This document shows positions 1 to 12,567 of a stretch of DNA of 64,000 bases, piece after piece; position 1 is the first letter of the stretch, and the number at the start of each line of letters is the position of its first letter. Position numbers and translations under genes: made by a program. The DNA is taken from assembly GCA_964270895.1 (NCBI GenBank), contig OZ185436.1, one strand, 5' to 3'. This stretch comes from Podarcis filfolensis (lineage: Eukaryota). The notes below the pieces were generated by a model that saw nothing but the letters and a program-made list of their open reading frames with translations, was not told where the DNA came from and searched no databases.

Positions 1-949
1 GAAGAGACACAATATTTTTGACTACAGAAATAACTGAAATAGTATCATAATAGACAACTCTAATTTTCTGTTTCAGTAAAACAGATCGAATTTCCTAATA
101 TGAGAACTAGACCTCAAATAACAATATACATTTTAACTAAATTAGTTAAAACATCTAGCTATAAAATAATTATTCATTGAGAGCTGCTTACAAAACATAA
201 ATATGTTTAAAAATAAGATGCCGTTTAATTCCACCACTTCCATTTTAAATTTTTTTTTGCTGTACTTTAAAGCACCAGTATCATATGCTATTTGGATGGT
301 AGCATAGTGCTTTTGTGTCTAAAAGCCCTATAAATAATTTCCTTTATGCTGCCTGTGATACTCAAAGAAGGCAGAAATGAAGATAAATAATTTAGCATCT
401 CTGTACGACATGATGAGCCATAAAAATCCAGACTTGGCTTCCTACTGCTACTTCAGCTCTGTATAGTTACACTCCCCCCCCCCCATTTGTGGTTACAAAT
501 AATTTCTGTAATAGATTAAAATATCTATGCTGTAAACATCTCTACATTATAAAATACATGGAGTCCTGCTTATAAACAATTACATGAGCAAAACTTGAAG
601 TGGCTTCTCCCACCCCACTAAAAGGAAGATTGATTGGACCATGATGAATTTTCATCAGCTAATGGTTCGATTTGGCCCAAACCTATGAGAGCTAGAACTG
701 AATCCCCCAAAATCAGAAGAAATGTAACTTCCCAAATACTTTTATTAAGCCTGAGCTTGATTTTGGCTCCAGTTAAGAATTGTGTGGCATATGTTCCTTT
801 TTCTGCTTTGTAAAGAGAAATTATTTTAATAATATAGTACCCTATCAAACTTGGAGATGCTGGACTGTTGATATCAGCTATACAATAACATAGCATAGTG
901 TTTAAACATTCCACACTCCAAAGACATATTTAAAGCACATCCGCTGAGA

Positions 950-1671
950 AGGGGGGCTGTTGCCCATTATCTGCTCATCAGCTGATCAATCTGATAGCCA
1001 GGTTCCTGGGCTCTGCCCTCCCCAGTGCTTTGTCTGCTTCGATTCCCTCCCCCCTCTTTTTGCTGCCACTGCCAAGATCAGTAGGGCCATTGGGGCAGAA
1101 AAAAAATTGCTTGGTTAGCTGGGATCAAATTGCTTTAGGGTTATGGTTAAATAAGCTAGTGTCCTTGTTGTAAAAGCAGAAACTAGGGCAGGAAGCATTC
1201 ATATAAAGCAAGGTTGGGGAATTTCTTTGCCCACTATCTCCCCCAACTGTGCAGGCCAGCTTGGGCAAGTGACCTGTCAGTCACCTGATGTTCTTATGAC
1301 ATTAACAGGCAGATTCTCTTGCCCACTTGTCAAAGTCTCTTCCACGGTGCTTCCCAAGTACTTGACAGCCAGCTGGCTGTTGGGTGCTCGGGGACTGCAG
1401 TACTTGGGGCTTTGCCAGCCCTATACTTGGAAAAAGCATCAAGCACAGGGCTAGCAAAACAGCTTTCTGCAAGAATTGGCTATGTGGTTGAGCTCCTTGC
1501 AAGGAACTTGGTAGGGCAGCCAATCCAGCTGTGTCTGTACAGCCCCACACATATTACCACATATGGTGTCAGGTGTGGGGAAGGTGTAAATCTTGGGGGG
1601 GGGGGGGAGGTGGTGTGGGCCAAATTGGAACCTTACCAGATCTGACCCCTGGGTTGGAGGTTCTCCACCCC
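950..1671. mobile_element. Degraded hAT-like non-autonomous element; its terminus matches the one at 18850
   Basis: ggaggttctccacccc at ~1656-1671 is the reverse complement of (ca)ggggtggagaacctcc at ~18851-18868. Boundaries are approximate. Confidence 0.4.
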
Positions 1672-2888
1672 GATATAATGTAAACTGAACTCACTCTTTC
1701 ACTAGAAAATTCTCTGTTCTTTACCATGTCTCATTGCAGAGCAAGTGGCACTTGAACTTTAATTCTTAAGTTGTTTTCTCCCAGCAATAAATAACATTAG
1801 AACAAAGCACTCTTTGTATTTCTGTCACTCAGAAAGTAATACACCCAAATTACTTCTTTTTTTTCTACTACATGTCCTTCAGCTTTACTAAAAGTATATA
1901 TAAAAAATTTATTTTGCTGATGGACATTAGTAAGCCGGAGTCTGCTCACACTTCTTTTGCATGCAGCCCATATTCTATGCTTCTTTGCTCCCTTCTATGA
2001 GCAGAGGAAATATAACGCAGAATCACCAACATCCATTCTCATTCAAAGCGCCGAGCTGTATAGAAAAGAGATTGTAGTGTCAGCATGACCAGGACTTTGG
2101 ACTGCACCAATAAATATCTATTGAATACTCCACATTGACATTAACTTGAATGACATGCTATGGCCATGATGATTTCCTATAAAGTCAAAACGTAAAGGCT
2201 GATTTAAGGTTCAAAGCAGGGGAGTATGCAAGCAGGCTGCTGAACAGTCCCTTCCTTTCATCCATCCGCCCATCCCATTCCTACATTTAATATTTTCCCC
2301 TAATTCCACACCTACTTTAGAGGAAATGTGCAATAACAAAATTCTAGCACACTCGACTGCTTCAGTCCTGTATATATGGCCCCTTGGAATTTGTATTATC
2401 ATCACTGAATAAAAGAGAATTAAAAATACAGGAGAAAAAATATTCCAGCAAGGTGTTCAGCTAACTCATGTCAAGTTGAAATCATAATCAAATCCATTGT
2501 GCTATGGGTCTGTAATAGTGTCTGGTAGACATAAATGAGCAAAACATGCTAGCCTTGACATGAATTTTTCAGTATGGCTCTATCCAGATAAAGATGGCAG
2601 TGAGAAAATTGGTAGAGAAAGTAACCCAACAGCCATTTAGTGTATAACAACTAAAGTGAATTTGAACCGTGGGCCAATTCTGAGACATGCTGTGCAAGCT
2701 GATAAATGCATTATAATTTTAGGAGAAGGTATATGGGCTACTGCACTAGCACACCATTGCACAGGCTGTGATATTACATAGGCATTGCATTGTTGCAGAC
2801 TAGCTGGGACATCAGTGAGTTGGGGATCAGAACTAAGTTCCTTTGATTTTTAACACACCCTTTATTTTTCCCCCCAATCATCCTTCAG

Positions 2889-3085
2889 CTGATAGCACAT
2901 TCGACAGTGGGCAGGGATCAACCGTGTATTCAGACTCCCAGAGCAGCCAGCAAAGTGTCATCTACTCATCTATGCCTGATGCAATACCTCCTGCAATTCA
3001 GCGGGTTTATAGCCCACCTCTCAGCGAAAGCCAGACTTTGCCCCATGGTCTTCAGCAGCTGGGACCCTACCAGCAGCCTTCAGTT
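2889..3085 (+). CDS. WNK2: WNK2 internal coding exon (DSTFDSGQGSTVYSDSQSSQQSV...YQQPSV), phase 1 in, phase 0 out
   Basis: Acceptor tccttcag| at 2888 and donor |gtaagc at 3086. The translation matches the remembered human WNK2 segment DSTFDSGQGSTVYSDSQSSQQSV, homologous to WNK1 exon 8. Confidence 0.95.
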
Positions 3086-3427
3086 GTAAGCATAACGGTT
3101 TCCTTAAAATACTTTGTATTTATGGATCTCCACATATAACCTTTAAGAACAAATTCTTTTTCAGATTCTAGACTCTGAGTCCAGTTTCCCCACATAAATA
3201 TATGAAGCTCCCCCATATATATGAATTGGTGCCATAAAAACACATATGCTTATCTACTCAGTATGTATGTTTGCTTTAGCTAGTGTACTCTAACAAACTA
3301 ACCAGGTGCAATACATTTAATTCAACCCAAATGTGTTTATTAGTTTAACTGTAACCAAATTAGAACCCCTAAACGTTATCGTTTGAAGCATTCTCTCATT
3401 TGTTGTGTTTTCTCGCTGTCTCTATAG

Positions 3428-4444
3428 CCACATATTATTGTTCCTTCATTTTCTCAAGAATCTTTCGGGTCAGATATTTCTTCCAGCTGTTCTAAAGGTC
3501 AGGCATCTGTTCAGTACCTGTGTAGCTCTTTCATTGGACTGAATATTTCAGAGAGGCGAAGAAGCACTTCTGTTGTAGAAGCTCCTAAATCTAACAACCA
3601 GTACCTAGGAAGTCATTCACACTTGCTCTCATGCTCCTGTTTCAACAACCAGCAAAAATTAATGGAACTGTTACTGCAAGAAGAGCAGCGAGAAGCCGAA
3701 CACGAACCTTCAGTCTTATTCAATGACAAAGCTGGCACGTGCCTTGTGTGCTCCTCCTCAGAGACCCCTGGGACACAGTGCTTCTGTACTCGACAGTATT
3801 TGCTACCTGCGTTGCACAGCAGTTCCTTCAGCTGCCGTCGCCATAGTGATTCAGTGGTGGCTTTGACACCAAATGCGATGCCTCTCACAGCAGAACTGCT
3901 GGGATCAAGCCTAAAGCCATTGCAGGAGAAGGAAAATGAAACCAGTGAATCACAGCTACCGGGATTCTGGAAGTCTTCAAATTCTGCCGAGTTTATGCTC
4001 ATTAAACCAACCTGCCACGAGTGCTTGGCTCATCTGCTGCATTCTGGAGCAGATCTGAACAAAACTGAATTATTAATGCCTCTTAAATGTGCTATACACA
4101 TTCCTTCCGTCCTCTGCAATAGTCTAAAAACCAGCTCTGCATCTCAACCACATCATGAAACTAGTAAGCTTTATGGCAAAAGTTTAGACCTGTCTTTATT
4201 AAATGAACCTGTGCAGCATCTAATTAACCCACAAAACAGCTCTGCCTCAGTAAAAACAGCAAGCACGCCTACGAAAGCCCCATGTTCAGAATTTATTTCT
4301 GAACAAGCCAGCAAGGCAGAATGTTGCCAGTGTTGCCACAAGCTTGGTCCAGATCAGACTTCAGTGATGCAGAATGACTACCTGACTCAAGGCCTACCAA
4401 ACATTGGGAGCAGCCTAGCTTGTAAAAAAGATGCCAGAGCTGTG
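3428..4444 (+). CDS. WNK2: Putative 1017-nt HSN2-like cassette exon of WNK2 (PHIIVPSFSQ...ISERRRSTSVVEA...KDARAV), phase 0-0
   Basis: Pyrimidine tract plus tctatag| acceptor at 3427. The frame is open from 3428 into the listed ORF 3623..4477. The donor GTG|GTAGGT at 4445 is in phase 0. Length is 339 codons, in frame with both flanking exons. Confidence 0.75.
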
Positions 4445-7400
4445 GTAGGTGGAATGCCTCATTGCTTCCTCGCTTGACTTAGAAGACTGAACAATTCCAA
4501 GAATGATACTGAATGCATCCTGTTTGACCCGGAATGACTTTCAATCAATTAGAAAAGCCATGCTTGCCCTACTTTTCCCTTTTCTCTCTCCAAAATGCCT
4601 GTAATAAAACCTAAGGTGTACTTAGTTTGTATGGTCCCATGAATTCCATGACAGCATCGCTTTCTTAACCCGGGGGAGGGGAATAGCTTTGGTGATTGTA
4701 CCAGCCTTCCTTTGTTGTTGCAATGGTTCCTCAGATAAATGTACTACCTACCTTGCAAGTTTTAATCTTATCTTGCTGCTTTATTATATAAAGCAAAAGG
4801 CCTGCAACTTTGTGCAATTGCAAAATTCAACAATGTAGCTGGGTGCCTCAGTGCCCACCCAACATTTGATTTTCAGTTGTGAAGTATGGATGTGACACTC
4901 CTGATAGCTTTAAAAAGTAAAATATTTTAACTTGACATTTGTGAGAAACATTGGTTATTGCTTTTTTATCTAAATGAAAACTCTTAAAGTAAAATACTTT
5001 TTCATACAGATGCACTTTGCTTAATTTTAGTCATCACAACAATAATTTATATTTGATCATTTATGTTTCATTTTTTTTCCTTCAACACTGTTTACATCAG
5101 AGTAAGACTTCAAGTAGATGACATTATGTTTTAATGAGGTCTTTTTGACATACAACATATTCCTATTAATCACTTACAAAGAAAACTGCTAGAAGTCATC
5201 CTTTGTAATATGGCTTTTAACACATCAAGTTTTCATTCAGCATCCAGCCACATACATTCTGATGTTTTGTATAGGGTTCCTGCCTTTCTGTAAAAAAAAA
5301 AAATAATGCTTTTTTTTTTTAACAAGCCATTATTTGTTTTTGGCTAGCCATTTTTATTTCTGCAAAAAAGCTGCTCTTTATCGACTCGTGGACTACCTAG
5401 TGCTAACATGGCTGTTTTTTATTCATTCATAAAAATATAAAGCAACTCACATACGTAGTAACTTCTCCCTTTCCTAATGTGTTACAGCATGCTTTTAATT
5501 GCAAACCCCCTCCTCCCCCAAAGTTTATCAGCTGTTTTTAATCACTTGCCTGCCTTTCATGAAAATTTAAAGTGTACTTTATGTGTTTCAATTCTCTTTT
5601 CTTTAAAGTCATTTTTGTATATGCATTTTTCATGGTTGCATAAGCTGTTCAGGTAGTGGAGTCTAGTGAATAAACAAGACTTCTCTAAGGCATTAGTGCC
5701 CAAGCGCTGAAGTTACAGTCGGGGTAGGAAATATGCTGTGGGCAGGCATCAGCTTATGGGGCTATTCATTTATTACTTTTCAGTGCCCTGGAGAGAATGA
5801 ATGGAATGATTTCCCCTCACCACAACCAGTCCACGCTCTGCCATACATTTTGGAAATAGTGAAAATGTTCTCAGAAAGGGTTGAGTCTTTGACACCTCTC
5901 CTTTTAAAAACTAAACATTCTGCAATCTGACTGGTGCATGGATGCCCTAGTGTGCCTGCTCTCTGCTTTATCACCACCTCCCCCGCCTTCCCATAACATC
6001 TTAGAGTCCAACTAGATGGGATGCTCCAGCATTTCCTTTAAAAAACAAAAATCACTACCCACAAAAGGAAGATGGTTGAAAAGTAGGCTGTATGTTTAGA
6101 CTTCATATTAGCTTCTGCAGGGAGGGGAAATTTGGCATACGTGAAGTTAATCTCCCTTACCCCTGTAACTGGTCCTGCTCAAATTGCATACACACACACA
6201 TACTCCTTGCTTGCTTTTGTTGGTTTAAGGAAGGCTGTGTACACACTCCCATTTATAGTGCATCCACTTCTGGTTTGAGAAGCAGTTAGCCACAATCCAT
6301 ATCTATCCTGTCATTTATTCTGAAACACTGTGTTCTGATGCATTTCAACCCCAAAACCAGTCTGAATTGAAAATAAGTATGAGCTTTTCTGTGTTTTAAG
6401 CCAGTAATATGTAAACAGTCAAAAGGTCAGGAGATCCAATGGCAAATCTCCTGTCCCCCATCTGGTTTGACTCATTCTGACAATCCCAAGAAATAAATGG
6501 TCACTACTGCACTGTAAATACATTATTTACCTTCATGTGGAACTGCTAGGAACTGTTGGTGGTGACTTGGAGATTCAGTGCAGGTCAACATGCCTCAGTT
6601 TCCTCTCCACTCTCTTTCCCCCTACCCTTCAATCCCCCTACCATTTCTCAGTACCATAATCATGCTTTCAGGGTTTTCCCACACCTGTCATCTGAGTCAT
6701 AGGGAAAAGGGAAGTATAGGCATCACACAATATGCTTGGGTTTTACAACCTTGCTTTTATTGCTAGTTGCTTTAGTGTGGATATTTGTTTGTTTGAATGT
6801 TCATATTTTAATATACTTCTCTTGTGAGCCATAATGGGCTAAAAGGCAGATTGCATCAGTTGTAAAATAAATAAATAAGGTCTCATCCCACTCTTGCCTT
6901 GTCTCACAGGCATAAGATAATTGCCTGCGTTTAGTGCTAATTGCTCGAGTAGCAAGTTTGCATGCTTTGGTGGAAACAGTGGACACCATGACACCAGCCA
7001 GCTTGGGCATTGTAAAGGCAGAGAACAGTGTAAATGAAGGCTGTAAAAAACAGAAAGCCATCTGTGACTTTCTGCTCCAATGCTCATACTTATTAAAGAT
7101 TTTTTTTAGAAAAAGAGAAAGAAAGAAATCTCCTTGCCCACTTACAAGGGAAGCACGGAGGTCTCCAGTAAACATTTACTGCACCTGCAGGTTATGTTCT
7201 TAGCATGTATGCATACACCATTATTGTTTCTTGTGGACACATTTTGAGTATACTGTATTCAAGGTATTCATAGGATCACAGCACTGGAATTGAGGTTCCA
7301 GCAGCTTCGTTCCATCCTTTCAGCCATAACTCCTGTGTCGTCTTTTTTGTATTTTCTACCAAGTATGGATTACAAAACTTGGTGTTGAGTTTTGTCGTCT

Positions 7401-7568
7401 CTGCTTACCATAGGAAAAGGTCCACTCAGTTTATGGGCCTCACTTCTTGAACAGCTACGAGATTGCCTTTAAGGAGTGATTCACAACACAACTTGGCTGT
7501 CCTGATAGCCAATAATTTTTGCAGGTTGTAGTTTTCTAAAGTAGTTTCCCCCCCTTTCTTCCCTTCAG

Positions 7569-7721
7569 CCTGGACTTCCAGTGGTTCAGGCTCCACCTGC
7601 TGTTGTCTCTCAGCGACCACAACATTATCAAGAACCAGCAATCCCATTTCCTCTCGTCCATCCCACCTCCGTTGCCCCTGTCCAGATGAGACAATCACAG
7701 CCTGTGTTAGCCAGCCAGCAG
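7569..7721 (+). CDS. WNK2: WNK2 coding exon (PGLPVVQAPP...PVLASQQ), 153 nt, phase 0-0
   Basis: cccttcag| acceptor and |gtaagt donor. Resembles human PGLPVGSVP...PPGQQ. Not in the ORF track. Confidence 0.92.
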
Positions 7722-8489
7722 GTAAGTAGTTAGTTGTTGTTTTGCTTTTAAGTGAAGATGCTGAATAAACATAAGGGTGTTTGATTACCCTTTATCTCAA
7801 GCCTGCTTGTGCATTATTACAAGTGTGGTGTAATCTTCAAATGCAGTGCTCAAATTCTAAAATGAGTTATTATAATTATGCTGCATCCATTTAATATGCA
7901 AGAAAGACAGGGAGCGCTGAATTTTTAAGCCTCCATCCCTACCTGCGGTCCTTTCCACAGCTCATCTCCTCAATTTTCTTCCATGACCAGGAGGAGAGGA
8001 TACATTTCATTTTTTGGAGATGGAAAATAAGGTTTTCATCCATCATAACTTTGGGTGACCTACCTAGTACTGGCCCAGATAGCGCCTCTGCAGTTTCCAT
8101 GTTGCTTCATTTCTCACAAAAACAGGGAGGTAGTTGGTGATTTTCTGTGGGGGATGTGGAATCTGAACATGCTGCTCCTCTGGTGCAGTCCTGGGACACA
8201 ATGCACAATGGAATGATGCTATATCACTATGGCATGATTCAACCAGTCTGTAGGTGGTAGGCGATGGCTTTTCCTAGACTACATGGCTTTCCCCCCTCAA
8301 CTTTTCTCTTAACAGTGTTAATTTATTATTTTCTTAGCACTTTAGCTGGTACAGAGAGGGGGGTAGAATGCTGTTGCTGTTGTTGGCACCTATGTTGAGG
8401 TATCAGGTAGTGCCTATGACAAATAAGTTATCCCCCATGGCCAGAGCACTTTGGGAACTTACGGTGTACTCCCTTTTTCTCTCTACCAG

Positions 8490-8681
8490 CAGTCCATCCC
8501 ACCTCCAGCTCCTCTACAGCATGTTCTAGCCAACCAGCCCATTTGCCCAGTGCAGCAACCTGCACCTCACCTATTGCCCCAGTATCAAACTCCCAGTTCT
8601 CAGGTGGCAGCTAGCAATGCATCTCTCACACCTCTGCAGATTCCCCCTGTGCAGCAACTTCCAACAGTCCCACCTGGCCAG
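8490..8681 (+). CDS. WNK2: WNK2 coding exon (QSIPPPAPLQHVLA...VPPGQ), phase 0-0; NAGNAG acceptor, start 8490 or 8493
   Basis: ctctaccag|cag| acceptor and |gtaagc donor. Pro/Gln-rich, resembling human PLPQVLAPQPVVPLQ. Confidence 0.9.
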
Positions 8682-9495
8682 GTAAGCTAACCTTTGAATT
8701 CAATAAACATTCTTTATTTTGTTATAAGTAATTAATTTTGGTAGAACTTCACAGCTAATAGTTGGTATGGCAGGCTTCGCAATTAGCATGTGGCTTCTGT
8801 GCATTTGCATCTTGTTTAGGAAATTTATTTTTATTACTTAATTGTATAGTGCATAAAATAAATTGAGCACATCCAAAAAAGTTAAAGGAGATACATCATT
8901 GCCTGAAGACTTTCAGTCTAAATACTGACACAAAAGAGAAGGGGTGGTTATAATATGCAAACGGCATCGTTTATAAAGCAGAGCAAATTGTTTCTCTCTC
9001 AAGAAAATTATAAAAGTAGGAAAAGCAAACAAAAATCTAGGTTTTAACTATAAGAGAAGAAAGAGAATGTATTTGAACCAAAACTGTGGCTTGTCAGGAT
9101 TGAACTTCAGCTTACTGAACCTCATCTATCATTGGTCTCAGTCACTGATTTAGCACTTTCGTTGCCTCAGATATAAAGGAGAAACTGAGCTGGGCGTCAT
9201 CTGCATACAAATGAGGCGTTGTTCCAAATCTCTGGATTACCTAGTGCAGTCAATTCATATAGATGTTTAAAAGTATGGGAGATAAAATGGAAACGTCTAG
9301 GATGCAATACCTAAAATGCTGTGGGGCTGAGGAGTAGCCTCTAAGTACCAGTATCTGGAACTGGTCTTCCAGTTGTTGAAACCAGCCCAGACATGGCCAC
9401 TGTTACTGAAAAATTCCAGAGGCACACTTTACATCGTCTGTTCTGTTGAAGTTCTGGCTTTGTTTTATGTGCAAAGAATGACACTTTGTGCATCA

Positions 9496-10075
9496 ACCTG
9501 GATAGCTCAGTTGGTTAGAGTGTGGGATGCCTGATTATCGTCTTCCAAAGCAACTACTCTATTCTGAACTTAAAAATGGAAAGTGTAATTCTGGTGGTCA
9601 ACAAAAGAGGTTTAAAGACTGTCTCAAGGCAAATCTAAAAAAAAGTAGTATAAACACCGACAACTGGGAAACCCTGGCTGCGAGCGCTCCAGTTGGAGAA
9701 CAGCCTTTACCAAAGGTGTCATGGGCTTTGAAGACACTCAAACGCAGAACGCAAGGGAGAAACATGCTAGGAGGAAGGCACGCTTGGCAAATCCACATCG
9801 TGATCAACCCCCGCCCAGGAACCAATGTCCCCACTGTGGAAGGACGTGTGGGTCCAGAATTGGCCTCCACAGTCACTTACGGACTCATTGTTAAAACCAT
9901 GTTTACGGAAGACAATCTTACTCGGCTACAAGTGATCGCCAAAGAAGAAGGAGGTGCTGATAATGCCAAGGTTGCAATTTTGATCCCCATATGGGACAGC
10001 TGCATATTCCTGCCTTGCAGGGGGTTGGACTAGATGATCCTCAAGCTCCTTTCCAACTCTACAAGTCTATGATCT
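9496..10075 (+). mobile_element. tRNA-headed SINE with CR1-like 3' tail, split by the RTE insertion (9496-9525 and ~9954-10075)
   Basis: The A-box head ggatagctcagttggttagagtgtgg continues after the RTE as tgctgataatgccaaggttgca...tgatcccc and ends ccaactctacaagtctatgatct. Confidence 0.8.
9526..9953 (+). mobile_element. 5'-truncated RTE-clade LINE 3' end with C-terminal C2H2 zinc finger, frameshifted
   Basis: MPDYRLPKQLLYSELKNGK..GGQQKRFKDCLK is typical of the RTE ORF C-terminus. A second frame gives CPHCGRTCGSRIGLHSHLRTHC* (9826-9894). Short GAA tail. Confidence 0.88.
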
Positions 10076-10866
10076 GATGGCGTGAGCTCTAGCCCCCAAT
10101 AAGTTCTGTGCCATAATAAGCCAGTTAGCATTTTAATGTTCCTCAGGCTCCATTTGTTGTTATTGCTTTGCATTTTCTGAATGTATGCAAAAACAACTGA
10201 GGTAGGGAACAGTGGAAAGAGACTTCCAGCCATTGGAAAAGCAAAGCAGGACAGTGAAAACAACAGAACAGCTGACACAAAGGGATTACCAAAGAAAAGC
10301 AAAAACAAAGACCAATCAACCAGTGAACCAAAATAGATAGCAATAAAGATAATGTTTGGGCTTCTTTGAATAAATTGTGTTATTTACATTCCTTGTCCTC
10401 CATTTGGTCTTAATTTTTCTGAATTGTTTTGTTGAAAATGTAATTAGTAGTAGGGTAGACAGGCCATAGATACTGAAAATTCTGCATGATGGACAAAATA
10501 TGACTCCATTTCCCCCCATGAGGTCTCACTTACCTTCATCCCCTCCCCCGCCTTCATTCCTTATTGTAGTGCTCAGGTTGTTACTTCCTTTATTAGCAGC
10601 AGAAATATAGATGCTTTTCAGTGGCTTATAATAGATTTTCTGAACAATAAGTTGAAGGTGAACAAGTACCTTTGCTCCTTTTCTGACTGTATCAGAATGG
10701 GGGAGGGGACCCCACAATGCTTTTTTCCAGAACAGAAGATGCCTATTGAAGACAAGGTCCCTGGCCTGATTAGATTTTCCTGCACTTTGTTTCCTATGTT
10801 AAATCCACATGTTAAGTAATAGCTGACACTGCCTTATGTTGGGTTCAAATGCATTTGTCTCTTATC

Positions 10867-10868
<2 letters not shown>

Positions 10869-10917
<49 letters not shown>
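10869..10917. repeat. (GA)n microsatellite
   Basis: Directly visible. Confidence 0.98.
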
Positions 10918-10921
<4 letters not shown>

Positions 10922-12527
10922 GCCCACATATTTTGAAAGCATTTACATTTTCATTTTTTCCCCCATATATTTCATATATTCTTGAGTCTAAAAAATTGTG
11001 TGGGTATATCTCTCTATAACACACGATTTTTATTTTTTTCAGTATCTCTGCAAAATATTTCTTAACAGTTACACCAGTTGTTATGTCCATTTATTTTGCT
11101 GGTGCAACAAACTTCTTAAATTTTGAGCATTTAGTGCAATTGCTCCACCAGTATTTGTGAAGGAAACTTTCTGCTTCAGGACAATGGTTGTGTACAATAT
11201 ATTGCACACAAATACTAGCTTTTCAGCTTCCTGTCATCATCCCCTTCCTTTCCTCAAAAGCCAGTGTAAGGTTGGGTGACTCTTGAGAGCAGCATTCCAT
11301 GACACACAAAGGGTGCACAAGAAGGAAAAGATTGACAAATCCATGTCCACAAAGAAGCACTTTGGGCACAGTGCCTACTGCACATGCATTCTCGCGTGCG
11401 CAAACACACAGACAAGTCCTTGTGATCTCAGTCCACCAGAAAGAATGTGATTGTCTGTACTGGTGAGTATGGATAAAGAGGTGGCAAATAAATCTTTTAG
11501 GTCAGTAGTAGTAGGACTGGCAATATCAAGCCACTCACCATGTTTTTAAAACTAAAAGAACGAGAAAAGTAAAAATGCAGAACACAGTGAGGCATACACA
11601 TTGCTCAGACAATATTTTCAGAAGTCCCTTCGCACTCTGATTCCCTCGGTTTTTTCCACAAAGTGGGAAATTTCAGCTGCTCTTAAAGCCCACATCAAAT
11701 TAAAATTAGGATTCCAGGAAATTGGTTCTTTCCCCCTAAATGCTTAACTTAATATATAAGAATGGACATATAATTGAGGGGTAGAGAGAGAAGAAGAGAG
11801 TGGTTTTGTTCCTTACTCAAAGGAAAATGGCTCACTTATCTTCTGGATTTCTGCTCAGATTCCCTCCTGCCTTTTTTCCACTTGAGGAGATACGGTACAT
11901 GTCCTGCTCTTTTTCAGAAGCTGAGTTGCTGGTAGCTTGGTCTGTATCCCATAGCCAAATTAAATTCTCCTGCCACCAATTGAGGCCTCCTCAGATAGTA
12001 CATATACTATTAGAGAGTTTGTGCTCACCAATGCTAATTGCTTTCAATTTCCACATGGATTGGTTGTTCAGAGATAGAGGAGAGAAAGATTATCAAAGGG
12101 AGATAAGAGTGGGCAGTAAATAGCTTCATCTCTGTCAAGTGCTGAATCCTAGAGCATTCAACATGGAAGCAAACATGGGAGTAGAAATGCATTCTATACC
12201 TAGATACAACTGTTAGTCACCATAAGTGATGAAAGAAGTGCAATTTGTATCCTTGTATAATCAATTTTACCATTTCCAAAATTTTACACAACCGAGCGAT
12301 CGTGCCTTTATTCAATAATGCAAACTATTTTAAAAAATACATGCAATTTTTTTTTTTAAAAAATGTACCCCAGTATTTTTAGAACACAAGCTAGTGTGCA
12401 ATAATACTTAAATGTGCATTAAATGAGGAAAGCAGGAGCTTCCAAAAATGGTTTAGTGCTGAAAATTCAAATGCATGTCAGTTTGCATCCCTGTAACTCC
12501 AAGGATTAATATCTTCAGTATCCTGTG

Positions 12528-12530
<3 letters not shown>

Positions 12531-12564
<34 letters not shown>
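12531..12564. repeat. (AC)n microsatellite
   Basis: Directly visible. Confidence 0.97.

Positions 12565-12567
<3 letters not shown>

Noticed and set aside
1990-2090. Pyrimidine tract plus AG followed by a short open frame (RKYNAESPT…)
   Set aside because: The required phase-1 reading stops immediately (GAA ATA TAA) and there is no convincing donor.
3086-3427. Search for a WNK1 exon-8B-like exon before the HSN2-like exon
   Set aside because: The 342-nt intron has no suitable open, spliceable segment resembling 8B.
3613-4002. 129-aa antisense ORF
   Set aside because: Shadow of the HSN2-like exon on the opposite strand.
7414-7568. Possible upstream acceptor (ccatag|) extending the 7569 exon
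   Set aside because: All three frames hit stop codons before 7569.
9496-9525. tRNA-like A-box sequence
   Set aside because: SINE head, not a functional tRNA gene.
9527-10033. 168-aa ORF as a host gene
   Set aside because: A chimera of a frameshifted RTE fragment and the SINE tail, not a gene.
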